Source: Octopus sinensis (Eukaryota). From it: a stretch of 64,000 nt of DNA. Positions 12,429 through 26,400 of this stretch are shown one piece after another. The DNA is taken from positions 131,192,001 to 131,256,000 of the forward strand of contig NC_042999.1 of assembly GCF_006345805.1 (NCBI RefSeq). Direction: 5' to 3'. The stretch's first letter is position 1. Each line of letters opens with the position of its first letter. A program made the translations under genes and the position numbers. The notes under the pieces were generated by a model that did not search any database, had not been told where the DNA came from, and saw only the letters and a list, made by a program, of their open reading frames with translations.

Positions 12429-13113
12429 TACAGATAAGTTCACTACCATCAATTCATTGCAAGGGAGTTCACCACCATCAATTCAGCATGAAGGAAGTTC
12501 ACCAAGAAAATATATCACCATTAATAGTTAAAAACTATTTTATTGCAAAAAAAAAAAAAAGAAAATGGTGAATTGAAGACAATGAACTTTCCTTGCAGTG
12601 AATTGATGATGATGATCTTTCCCTGTGATGAATTGATGATGATGAACTTTACAGACATGACATTGAGCATACCGTATGGAATTTTTGTGAACTTCTTTTC
12701 TGTATATTCAGTGCAGCTATTTTCTAAATCTGGTTGAAGAATGTGTGTGTATGTGTTTGTGTACGTGCCCTTTAGTTTTGTGAAGACATGATAACCTCTT
12801 TAGTGCTAGAGCCATAATAAAATGCATTCATTATACTCTACCAAGTGGTTGTTGTTAGAAAGTGTATTCAGCTATAGAAACTATTCCATAAATGAAGCAC
12901 ACTTACATAAGATGTGATCCTCTGACCTGTCTAGGAGATTACTAACTCCAATGAAGAATTGTCCAATCCATGTGCAAATGCTACTCTTCTTGGTCCAGTT
13001 AGATACAAATATTCACGATTGCATCTAAAAACCATTAAAACTGCATATAGAGATATTTACTACAATGGTAATGAGGATAGTGATGATAATAATGTTTATT
13101 GTTTATTTTCCAG

Positions 13114-13255
13114 GCATTTGAATATGGACATGAAGGATTTATCAGAAGTCAAGGTTTTAAATCTGTTATGGTACACATATTTGAAATGTCTGATAGTGAA
13201 TGTCAACAGATTTTTCAAGACATAGATTCTGATGATGATCAGAAAATTACTTTTG
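13114..13255 (+). CDS. LPCAT2: LPCAT1/2-like exon: AFEYGHEGFIRSQGFKSVMVHIFEMSDSECQQIFQDIDSDDDQKITF(D)
   Basis: ttttccag|GCA...G|gtaaat; 142 nt, phase 0 to 1; two EF-hand-like loops. Confidence 0.9.
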
Positions 13256-13353
13256 GTAAATTTTTAATTTTAGTTATTTGTATTTTCTTTTGTATGTGCG
13301 CAAAATATTCTCTCATTGCTAGCACTTTTATTACAGTTCTGTAGGAGTTGACA

Positions 13354-13560
13354 AAGCTGGCGACTTGGAAGAATCATTGGTGTGTCAGACAAAATGCCTT
13401 GAGACATTTCTTTTGGCTTTTTATATTCTGAGTTCAAATCCTGTTGAGGTCACCCTTGCATTTTATCCATTAAAGGTCAATAAAATAAAGTATCAGTTAA
13501 ATACTGGGATTGATGTTGTCAACCTGTCCCCTGCCCTAAAAATTGCTGACCTTGAACCTA
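13354..13560 (+). mobile_element. SINE family B, decayed copy in last LPCAT intron
   Basis: CTGAGTTCAAATCC...GAGGTCACCCTTGCATTTTATCC...ATAAAATAAAGTATCAGTT. Confidence 0.7.
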
Positions 13561-14541
13561 GCTATCGACCAGTCATGACCTTGGTTACTAATACTTCTTG
13601 GAAACCAGGTAACTGGCTTTATGAGTCATAGGATTTAAGAAAATAAAAAGTAAAAGAAAAGAAAAGGAGTTGACAGGTTAAGGTGTTGGATTCCAGAAAT
13701 AAAGATCAAAATTATGTGGGTTTTGTCTTTTTCATCCTTAGGCTAAACAAAATTGATGTGAAATATTTGAATTGTTGTAAATTATCTCTAAGACTAAATG
13801 TTAAGTTTACATTACTATCTAATATTATCTAAACTGAATTTAAAAGAAGGTAAATAACAATTAGCTATAAATCATATACTCACCTTTATAAATGATTTAT
13901 ATAGATATATCCTGTTGATCAATCTTGTAACAACTTTGATAAATCAGTACTTTTTTTTTCATATATATTTCTCCGTTCATCTTTTGTCTTGAATTTCTTG
14001 AAATAATGGTGATAATTTCTCAATCTTTGACTTAATATTAAGTATTATTAGTGGAAAGTTAGATGCTACTCATACAGATGTACTGATACAGGTTTGCTTT
14101 CTAGTGCAAATGCTACAAAGACTTCTTCCTGGTCCAGTTAGATATAAAAACTCACTATCGCATCTAAAACCATCAAAACTGCTTGTATTTAGATAATAAA
14201 TTATGTGAATTGATGGAAGCAGTGTTATGAATTTGAATGTTCTTCCAGTGATAACTATTCAGTTATAAAGTTGGGATATCTAATTTGTGATTACATTATA
14301 CCTGCCACAAGGTTTTAATTTTGTTAGTAGGATCAAATTAGCCATTATTTCTTTCTATGTATAATTATAAAAAGAAATTCATATCCCATGCATTAGTTAT
14401 TAGCCCTGTTTTTGGATAAAACAAAACTGAATTGACCTGAAAATACAATGTGACAATTTTTACTCATTTTCTACAAGTCTTAAGACCATATAAAAATGCT
14501 GTGTTGCTTTTAATATAAAATAAGGCTTCGTGAATATTTGT

Positions 14542-14750
14542 TTCAAATTTTGGCACAAAGCCAGCAAGTTCAGGAGATAGGGTAAGTCAATTACATTGAC
14601 CCTAGTCCTCAGCTAGTCCTTATTTTATTGACCCCAAAAGGATTAAAGGCAAAGTTGACCTTGGCGGAATTTGAACTCAGAACATAAAGATGGACGAAAT
14701 GCCGCTAAGCATTTTGCCTGGCGTGCTAATGATTCTGCCAGCTCACCACA
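14542..14750 (-). mobile_element. SINE family B copy, inverted relative to the 13354 copy
   Basis: TTTCAAATTTTGGCACAA...GGCGGAATTTGAACTCAGAAC...GATTCTGCCAGCTCACC. Confidence 0.85.
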
Positions 14751-15148
14751 TAGAGGCCTAGTGATTATTGATAATAAATTATACAGTGCATTGCCAAACA
14801 AATATTGTCTACTAATTCCCCTTGAATACAACATACATCTCTTAGCATACATTTTCATGAATTTGTTTATGTAATATTCATAGTACATTGAATTCAGTGC
14901 AATATAGAAATAATTATATAATATATAAACATTAAATGAATACACATACATGTTTATTCATTTTACTTGAGGTTTCTATGCTAGCTTGCATTAGATGATA
15001 TATTCATGCACTTGAACACATGCACACACACACACATTTACATCTACTTTCTTCGTATTTCAACATTCAACTTAACATATTTTTTTTTTATTAATAAGAC
15101 CTATCAATATTATTATATCTATTATTCATTTTTCTTTCTATTTTATAG

Positions 15149-15279
15149 ATGAGTTCTATGGATTTTCCAAGACACAACCAAAATATAAAAAGCTGTACCA
15201 CATTTTTCAAGAGTCCACTAGCAATATATTTGATTTGTGTGTTCTGAATGAGATTTCTATTGAGAACAAAGAGGAATGA
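15149..15279 (+). CDS. LPCAT2: LPCAT1/2-like terminal coding exon: (D)EFYGFSKTQPKYKKLYHIFQESTSNIFDLCVLNEISIENKEE*
   Basis: ttttatag|AT...TGA; phase 1 acceptor fits the preceding donor; EFxxFxxxxPxYxKxF pattern of LPCAT2; AATAAA candidates follow near 15685. Confidence 0.87.
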
Positions 15280-15949
15280 ACACAGCAATGCTAACTTTCT
15301 TACTTTCAGCCAGTAAACTCATTGTGATACAGGACATATTTTAACTGTGAAGAAAATATGATACAACTACAGTCATCAGCATATTACTGTTGCCGTATTT
15401 GGAAATGGTCAATGCTGACAGATGTCTGTCTTCTTTCTCTCACCTGCCTTGCTTCTCTTTAACATGGAAACCGGTTTTCTTGTTAAAATAGTAATGTAAT
15501 TTAAAGTCAGATATTTCTCTTAATCGTTCATTAATGTAGTGACAATACTTACATACAAACTGATGCATTTACGCATACATTTAGACATGCATTTACACAT
15601 CCACTTCCATGTTTACACATGCACATTTATTTATAATTTCAACTGGATAATCAAATACATATACACACACAAACACACACACTAATAAATAAATGCAGTC
15701 ACTCCATTCCCTTATGTTTTCACACTCATATTTATATTCACCTTTTTGTGTATAAATCAAAAACTCTCTGCTATTTTATGTTAACTCATACTTGTTTTTC
15801 ATTTATACATAACCAGGAAAGATATGCATATATATGTGCACATGCACACACACACACGCACACACTGTGCATTCTATTTAAGATGTACAATTGGTATGTT
15901 TACAAATTAGTCAACAGGTATGTTAAAAGTATGCATGTATGTATATGAT

Positions 15950-16255
15950 ATATGTGTGTGTTTATATATGTTTATGTATATATATATATATGTATCAGAA
16001 CCCCGGTCGAACCGTCCAACCCATGCTAGCATGGAGAACGGACGTTAAACGACGATGATGATGATGATGATATATGTATGTTTATATATGTATGCTTATA
16101 TATGTATGTATATATATGTATGATATATATATATGTGTGTGTGTATATGTATATATGTATATATATATATGTGTATATGTATATACATATATGTGTGTGT
16201 ATATATATATGTATATATATATGTGAATATGCATATATATGTATATATATATATG

Positions 16256-16330
<75 letters not shown>

Positions 16331-17447
16331 TATATACGTGTTAGGTGTGACATACAGGAATAGAATATTGAGAAAAAATGTCAGAATTTCTGTACACACA
16401 CACACACACATATATATGTATGTGTGTGTGTATATGTATAGATATATTTCTGTGTATATATATGTGTGTGTGTATATATATATATAATGTATATGTGTAT
16501 ATAAATAGGTATGTATATGTGTATTATATATATATGTATATGTGTATATATATATATATATATACATGTATATATATGTATATACATATGTGTATATATA
16601 TATAATATGTATATATATATATGTAATATATATATGTAATATATATATGTATATATATATATTATATATATATATGTATATGTATATATGTATATGTATA
16701 TATGTATGTAATATGTATATGTATTATGTATATGTATATATGTATATGTGTATATATATATGTATATATATATGTATGTATATATATATGTATGTATATA
16801 TAATATGTATATATATAATATGTATATATATATAGTATATGTATATATATGTATATTATATATATATATGTAATATGTATATATATATATTATATATATA
16901 TATATATGTATTGTATATGTATATATGTATATGTATATTGTATATGTATATGTATTATATGTATATATATTATATGTATATATGTATATATATGTTATAT
17001 GTATATGTATATGTATATGTATGATATATATATATGTAATGTATATATATGTATATGTATGTATATATATGTATATATTATGTATATATATGTATATGTA
17101 TATATATATATGTATATACATATATGTGTGTGTATATATATATATGTATATGTATGTGTATATATATATGTATATGTATTGTATATATATATATGTAATG
17201 TATATATATGTATATGTATATATATATGTATATGTATGTATATATAATATGTATATGTATGTATATATATGTATATGTATGTATATATATATATGTATAT
17301 GTATTGTATATATATATATGTATATGTATATATATGTATATGTATATATATATGTATATGTATGTATATATATATGTATATGTATGTATATATATGTATA
17401 TGTATGTATATATATGTATATGTATGTATATATATGTATATGTATAT

Positions 17448-17481
<34 letters not shown>

Positions 17482-18405
17482 GTGTATATGTATATATATA
17501 TGTATATATATATGTATATTATATATGTGTATATATATATGTGGTATATATATATTGTGTGTATATATATATGTGTATATATATATATGTATCTATATAT
17601 ATGTATATATAATATGTATATATATATATATATATGTGTATAATATATATATATATATATGCGTATGTATATATATATGTTGTATGTATATATATATAGA
17701 TGTGTATGTGTATGTATATATATATATATATATATGTGTATGTGTATGTATATATATATATATGTGAATATGTATATATATGTGTATGTATATATATATA
17801 TATATGTGTATATATATATATATATATGTGTATGTATATATATGTGTGTGTATGTATATATATATATATGTGTATATGTATATATATATATGGTATATAT
17901 ATATATATATGTGTATGTATATATATGTGTGTGTATGTATATATATATATATGTGTATATGTATATATATATATGTGTATGTATATATATATATGTGTGT
18001 ATATATATATATATATGTGTGTATGTATATATATATATATGTGTGTATGTATATATATATATGTATGTGTATGTATATATGTATGTATATATATATATGT
18101 GTATGTATATATATATGTATATATATATATGTGTATGTATATATATGTGTATGTATATATATATGTGTATATATATATATGTGTGTATGTATATATATAT
18201 GTATATATATATATGTGTATGTATATATATATGTATATATATATATATATGTGTATGTATATATATATGTGTATATATATATATGTGTATATATGTGTGT
18301 ATATATATATATGTGTATATATGTGTGTATATATATATATGTGTGTATATATATATGTGTGTATATATATATGTGTGTATGTGTATATATGTGTATATAT
18401 ATGTG

Positions 18406-18441
<36 letters not shown>

Positions 18442-18471
18442 TATGTGTGTATATATGTGTATATATATATA

Positions 18472-18502
<31 letters not shown>

Positions 18503-19085
18503 TGTGTGTATATATGTGTATATATATATATGTGTGTGTATATATGTGTATATATATATATATATGTGTGTGTATATATATGTGTATATATATATATGTG
18601 TGTGTATATATGTGCATATATATGTATGTATATATATATGTGTATATATATATGTATGTATATATATATATATGTGTGTATATATATATGTGTGTATATA
18701 TATATATATATATGTGTATATATATATATGTATGTATATATATATGTGTATATATATATATGTATGTATATATATGTGTGTATACATGTATATATGTATA
18801 TGTGTGTATACATGTATATATGTATATCTGTATATATATGTGTGTATATGTATATCTATATATATGTATATATATGTATGTATATACATGTCTATGTATA
18901 TGATGATATATGTATATATATGTATGTATATACATGTCTATGTATATGATGATATATGTATATATATGTATGTATATACATGTCTATGTATATGATGATA
19001 TATTTGTATATATGTATGTGTATATATATGTATATACTTTTGCATTTATGTATATACATGTGTGTGAGTGCTTGTGTGTGTACAC
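15950..19085. repeat. About 3.1-kb compound (TA)n/(TG)n/(TATG)n microsatellite
   Basis: Direct reading; source of all Y/I/M/C/V-rich ORFs in the track. Confidence 0.97.
15996..16070 (+). mobile_element. Minimal RTE 3' end inside TA-rich repeat
   Basis: CAGAACCCCGGTCGAACCGTCCAACCCATGCTAGCATGGAGAACGGACGTTAAACG(ATG)n; nearly identical to 7167-7243. Confidence 0.85.
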
Positions 19086-19285
19086 ACATACAAAACTAAC
19101 TTCTTTATTCTATCATTAGGATTCACTTATTGAAAATCTCATTGCTACTATTCATTTCTCTGTATTCATTTTTTCTTTAATGTTTCTGTTATTTTTAAGA
19201 GAAAATTCCGTATAGGTTACACCTTATTAGATATATTATTTTTTTTAAATTTTAAATTTCATACATTTCCTTCCTATATATATAG

Positions 19286-19325
<40 letters not shown>

Positions 19326-20515
19326 TCTTTCACTAACCTTTTTTTTTTTTTGATTTTTACTTTTATTCGCTGCCGTTCAGATAGATACTCATGCCTTTTA
19401 AGTTATGATTAATATTTGATTAGAAAATATTTCCAGCCGTGATACTTGTGTTACAAATGTTTCGATATATGCAGCTATTTTCAAGAAACTTGTTAATTAA
19501 AATAGGTATAATTATGTTTGCCAGTTTCAAATATAGATGGATTAGAATAACCTTTGTCTTCATCTCAGACACCTGTAAAGCTATAGTATTTTTGATGACT
19601 GTGATGAAATTTTTTATTTGGTGCTTTGGGTGTTACAAACAAGCCATGTTGAATACTTTATGTAAAAAGTATCAACAATTACATACATGAAAAATATCAA
19701 TAAGACACTTCAACACATTACTTATGACAATTAATAGAACAAGAAAGCCTCCACATGGTCACTCAAGCAGCTTGTAAAAGCAGTCAAATCTCCTTCAAAT
19801 CATATCTTTTTTGTCTTAAAGGACACATTGGATAATGTAATCCAGAGTATACTGTTCTTCTAAAAAAGAAGACTGGATAATTATAGATTGAATGATTTGA
19901 TGAATGGGCTACTTGACTGGGTACAACTTGGGGTTCAACAACAACTAAATTTCATCATATTACAATTTAATAAAAGCCAAACTGGCTTTAGGACTCATTT
20001 CTTATATCTGTTAGAAGAAATATATGATACTTGAAACACTGGAAAGAAATCAGTTGGGTATGATATTTGCCTTGCTGTTTTGATATCATGTTTGGTGAAA
20101 GTTATTGTAACATTGAAACCTTGGAAATACAAAACTATATATATTTGATTATTTTGTAACTTTCTATTATCAATAGAAATCAATGCATTATATGGTAAAA
20201 TAGAGAAAAATCAATTATATATGCATAAAGTTTATATCTATTTTTCATTTTTGCTAATATAAGTGGGATGGTTTTCGCAGTATTTTTGGAGCATCTGTTT
20301 ATATAGATGGAATCTCATTCTACTGACTATCATTTGGCCATAAAGTAGATATATCTGAAGGAAACAGTACTTTGCCAAGATATGTAACTAAAACTGAACC
20401 CTTATTTCTCTACTTTTAGTCCAATGGAATTAATCTCTTGTCTCCTTCTCAATAAATGTGTGTATATGTGTGTGTGTGTATTTATTATATCTGATTATGC
20501 ACAAAACTGACACAC

Positions 20516-20562
<47 letters not shown>

Positions 20563-23429
20563 ATGTCAGTATTTGAAGTAATGCTTATAATAAAGCTTAT
20601 AAGCTTATCTGAGTTTTTCACTGTGTAGTTATCAGATATTTGCTCAGAAAGAGACTTAAGATAATGATGTTTGAAAATTATAGTTTTTGAATTATTGATT
20701 ATTGAAATCCTGTTTTGATCCAATGACAGTATATTCTTTTGGGGGAAGCTTAGTTATTTATATCATAGTGCCTGGATAATAATATACAGATAATCTTGGA
20801 ATTCACAAGGGTATTTATGAATAATTGATTTCAGTGTACACATTTTCACAATTATTTCTATTATTTTTATATTTTCATTTTACTTCATTTCTAACTCAAA
20901 CCGGTTTTAAGTTGTTTTCTTGAAGGTGTCTTGTTATGGGGAACACCAAGATCTTTGACTGTATTCAACTAGTTTTCTGAATTTATGGGCTGTAGGTGTA
21001 TGTTTGAACATTTAAGCTTTTAATCATAGCTTAGATTAGATACTGTTGCAAACATAACATTTAATGGCATATATTTAATAACTTGGATGTAATTTGAATG
21101 GTTTGTATAATTTCATCCCTAATGCATTTTTGTTCATGTTGGCAAATTAGTAAAACAGCCAATGTCATATTGTAATGAAATGAAGCATAAAATTACAATT
21201 AGAAGATCACTCAGAGATTTGTTAAATCATTAATGCAATGTTAAGTTTAATGTCTTTGAAGAAAAGCAGTTTTAATAAATTTGTGAATTAAGTTGGAGAG
21301 TCAGCTTAGTGTGTCAATAAGATGTCTTAACAGAAAGGAAAATTTAAGTGTCTCAAATCTACTTTTAATTCAAACCATTTTTATTGTAGGCTCTGTTTTT
21401 GGTCTGTATATCAGCATTCTTCATTCCAATAGATTAATTACTCAAATGATTACATTACTGTCCTCTCAGCATCCTTTTTTTTTTTTTTCATTTTTGTTAT
21501 TTACTTTCTTTTTTGAATCACCTAGAATTAATCTATGGGTATCTGAGTTATATTTTGAATTGAGTGAAATATTTTTGTAACGTTTCAATTTCATTTCAGA
21601 AACTGATCTCATAACTGACAATTAGGGGGAAAAATTCTTTTTTTTGCCTTACTAGCTTACATTGATATTCCTGCTAAAATTTTGGCTAAAAGAGTTGGTA
21701 TATACTTGATATTCAGAAATTTGAAAATGATGCTAAGCTAAAATATATGTCATTACACATTATGTAGGCAGGGTATGTTCCATTATTGTCAGTTTTTTTT
21801 ATAGCTTAAATAAATGCAATAGTTACAATATTGTTATTGTTGTTTAATGTTTGCCTTAAAATTTATATATGATATATAAATTTTGTTCTAGATTTCAGTT
21901 ACAAATTTACTAAAAATTCGTTTTCTCTGGGTGTTAATTCAATATTAAGGAATCTCTTTTAATGTGGAGTTTTTTTTTTTCTTGTTAGTAGGTAAACTAA
22001 TATTAAATGGTAAATAAGTTTATATATATTTTTTAAACGTGTTGTTTTTGTGCAGATGTGCAAAGCTAACGGGTGTGTATATCTTGAAAACATTTTAACC
22101 TGGTTTTTGTGTTCTGTATTTATTATGGTTTGATTTGTATTAATCACTTCAGAGGTTCAATTAAGAAAATGTCAAACTGATGAAGTTTCCCAAGTCAGAT
22201 TTGCTGGTGAAACAGTTTAATAGTTAGCAACTCATCCCACTAAAGCATCTTTATCTTTGCTAATAAATTTGCGATAATTTTCTACAATCGACTCTGAACA
22301 AAACTTTTGACTGCCCTCCTCACCCCAGCCATCTTTAAACAAATAGTCAAATGTCTAAATAATTCTTTTCAATTTTATTTTCATATAGACTAGATATTTA
22401 CTCCAGGTTAGGATATGTTTATTTTATTTGATAAAAAAAATCAACATTTTTTTCAGTTTTTATAGTAATGATTAAACAAAACAAAAAAAAAAGATAGATA
22501 AAATTTTACTTCAGTAACACAAATGTTATTTTGTATCATCATTATAGATTTTATAAATATTGCAATTCTTTCTATTGAGTTACTGTAGTATAAAATGCAA
22601 ATGTGAAAGAAATTTGATCACATTGCTGTAATTAAATAAGCTGCTCAATATTCAGGATATTCATAGGAGTATCAATTGTATCTAATATCAATAACAAAAC
22701 AATTTCCTTCTAATAACTTGTTATTTATCAACTTAGTTTTGAATACCATTTTCCAGTTTTTATTTGTTATACAGATAGTACTTATATATTTTCACCATCA
22801 TCTGAAGTCTTCTTATATCAAAAATAATAATATCAAAATATTTATGTTGTAAATTCTCTTAAATTTCAATTCTAAAATATTTTAGGATTGAACAAAATCA
22901 TTGTTCCTTGACAATTTAATTCTCATTTAACCTTAGTTTTCTTTATCTACATATGCATATACAGACATGCATTTTTTTGCATATTGCTGAAAAAAATAAG
23001 CAAAAAATGTTTGGTCGTGTAGCAATTTTCTTTAAAATTTATTTTAGCATTTTATATAGTTTACTGGGTGGAACTGTTTTAACCATTTTTCTTGTCTTTG
23101 AAATTTTATCTCCTAATATTATAAACATTTTTCTTTTGATTTCCTAACATTTCAGATAATGCCTAAGAACAATGTTAGGTATGAGTCACACAAATATATT
23201 TCAAATTAAAAATAATAATTATTTTCTTAAATTTTAAAATAAATTTTGCAGACCATACCTTTCAATCACCTTCTCCACCTACAGTTTAAAAAAAATCAGT
23301 ATAATTTTTTTAAGAGAATTTATCTGCTGAACTTTCCAAAGTAGCAGTCATCATAAGATACTGTATTTGACATCATTTGAATCTTCAAAGCCTGTCTTCA
23401 CTCTTTGTGTTGCATGGTATATATATGTT

Positions 23430-23481
<52 letters not shown>

Positions 23482-26400
23482 TATATATATATATATCTAT
23501 ATTCATTTGGTTCTGCTAATGAGGAAACTGTTAGTCCTATGACTTGGCATAACCATTCTTAAGTCTTTTACCATCTTGTGCTTTTTTTAAATCCTTTTTT
23601 AGTTTGTAAATATATTTTTAAAAACCCAATTGAATGTATTATGTAAACCTTAAGGAAGCCATTTGTAAAATTGGAAAATGTTATAAGAAGGAAAGATATT
23701 CATGGAGAGTGTCTTGTTGTGAGTATCGAAACTCAGCAACTACTAAAATGCTTTTTATGTAACTTCTCCATCATCCCTCCATTTCATTTCCTCTTCCCTA
23801 CTATTTGGTAGCATTATTTTTGTATTGAAATTATGTACTAACTTGCAATGTTTCATCTGTTGTCCATCTGTTGGGTTCTCAATTCCTATCCATTTGCAAC
23901 CAGCAGCCAACTTCAACCGCTATTGCTATTGTAAAACATAATATATTTATTAATGGTGTTTATCTGAGGGTCATATTTTGAGTAAACTATCTTGATCTTA
24001 CTACCAAACTGTGTGCTGACTAGCTTGTAGTCAATTCCTTACTGATTGAGGTTTTTATTCCAAGTTGGGAATGACTAGTTACGCTCTTTGACTCTTTCCA
24101 AACAGATGGTGCTCTAAAATTTTTTTTCTTCTGTCACATATATATCTCAGTATTTCCATTTTTGTATGTATGTGGATGTATGTACATGCATGTACATACA
24201 AATGTATGTGTGTGTATCTGTGTGTGTGCACCATCTACTTTTTTTTTATCTGTGACATAGCAACCATAACACCTAATTGTTTTGAAAGCTATTCTCTTGG
24301 AAGGAATAAGCTTTTCTTGTTGTCACAGACATAAAAACTTTACAAAGCAGTGGATTTTACTTTTGCATTGATATCTGTAGCTACTGCATTTGTATCTTCA
24401 GTAAGAGATTGGTTCAACAGTGTATATTTGTATATCTAGTTGTCATAGCCTCGCCAAAAAAAAGTTTCTTGTAATTTTCTATTTCCTTCTCTTTTTATTA
24501 GAATTAATATTTTTATCTCTAAATCTTTTGGTTGATTAAGTTGTCCTTTGGAATCCAATTAGTGTGCTTGATGGCCATAATTTCATAAACTATAAACAGA
24601 GTTATTCACTCACTCTTTTTCCATATGCATGCATACAGCCTTTCAAAGAAAAAAAAAAGCCCTATCGTATAACAAAGATATAATATAAACATATGTTGCT
24701 GATATTTCCCTTGTAGGCAAGCAAAATTTAGTTGAGTTCAGTTGTTTCATTTTAAAATATAACTTGAAATTTCTAATAATTTTTTTTCTTCATGTTCTTG
24801 AATCATATGTTTATGACACCATTTCCTCATTGATGTATTTTTTCCTTCACAATTTCATTGAAATAACTGCCCCTTGAATATTCTCTTTGTTCATACTATT
24901 ATCTTTTTTTTTTCCTGAATGTTTCTTCCAAGAGCAATTAAAATTTCTTAGACGATGTATTATCAGTGCAATCTCAAGTACTAGCTTATTGAAACTGTAC
25001 TCAATAATTCTGTCAGTTTCTTGTTCCATAAAAAAAAATTATCATTGGATATTGAGTACAGTTCACCTATTATCTGCTGTTTGATTTATTATCTGAAAAC
25101 AAGGTTTAAGTAATCTAAATAAGAAACAAAACAAAACAATATACTGATAAAATTAATATTGATTTAACTCCCAGAAAATTTTGCTGAGATTGCAATCTCG
25201 TCTATTTGTAATTTGTGCATGCATTTAGAGTTAGTTCATCTAACCAGTGCACTTCATTTCATCCTATCAAGTTATTGTTTATAAAGGCTGTTACCTGAGA
25301 AACCACATAAACCATTGTGTGTGCATGTGTAATCAAATTGTCCTGGGAGAAGGATTAAGGTCTGGCTGACAGCAATCTGTTAAGTATAGTTCAATCTACA
25401 GTGATACTAAGCAATAAGAATTACTGTAACTATAGCTACTTTCAAGTGTGACTTCTGTCTCATATGGTTTTTCATACTGATAGTTTTTATTCATATCAGC
25501 TTACTATTATGGTTACTATCACTAAACTGAACGGAATAGGTTTGGGCATATCGGTAATTGCCTTACTCAAAAATTATGTGGCTGTTTTCTGGGAATTCTC
25601 TAATGAGAAGAAAAATTAGCCTTAAAGAAAAGTTGATAATGCTCTGAATTATTCTGCAAAATTAAGATGTCAACATTAGATCTGATTTCTTTAATCCTTT
25701 CCAAGTAATTAGCTTTTAAACTTGTAATTAGGACCAGAAGTTTTATCAATGAGTGTCTGGTTTCTTTGTATTTGAGATGTTCAAACTCAATAAATTTGCA
25801 TTTCAAATTTTGAATTTTGTCACTCCTAAATCTCACATCTTACAATGTGTTTGTTAACCAATTAGGTTTTGGAAAGCAAATTATAACACAACTTCTTTGT
25901 TACAAGGATTTCGATATATAATTTAAGGACAAATCTTAGATTCTCTAAAGAAGTTTGCTAAAAAAAAAAGGGGTTTTCAGACTAAACATTTGAGTTGAAA
26001 TATTGGGTTAATTCAGTTAACGATATAATTTTAAATAAGTAAATTGATTTATTTATTAATCAAATATTCATTAAGTTTTTGTTTTGCATTGCTAAATATC
26101 TTCAGTAATTTGAGCAGTTTGATAATTGTTTGGTGTCAGATAACATTGTGGATTCTGTACCAAGGTAATTATGATTGTATTGTAAATTACATCGTTAAAT
26201 CAACACACCTTCATCACAGTATATGTCAAAATGCAAGAATAATTGCTTTGACTGATGTTACAGTTGTTGTTAGTATAGTTACAGGCATAGCATCAATGAC
26301 AGTGTCAGGAAGCAGGACTTTTATCATTGTATTTAGTTTGTCTTCATGGCAGCAAGCTAAATTGCTCTTTATCTCATGTTTTACAATTAATAGTCTCCTG

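Noticed and set aside
16078-19119. Long ORFs up to 646 aa (YI/MCV/HT-rich), and similar ORFs in other TA/TG tracts
   Set aside because: They are translations of microsatellites that lack stop codons by composition.
24339-24435. Minus-strand frame ending ...AKVKSTAL* (PDZ-like terminus)
   Set aside because: Only 31 codons with a poor acceptor; chance is adequate.
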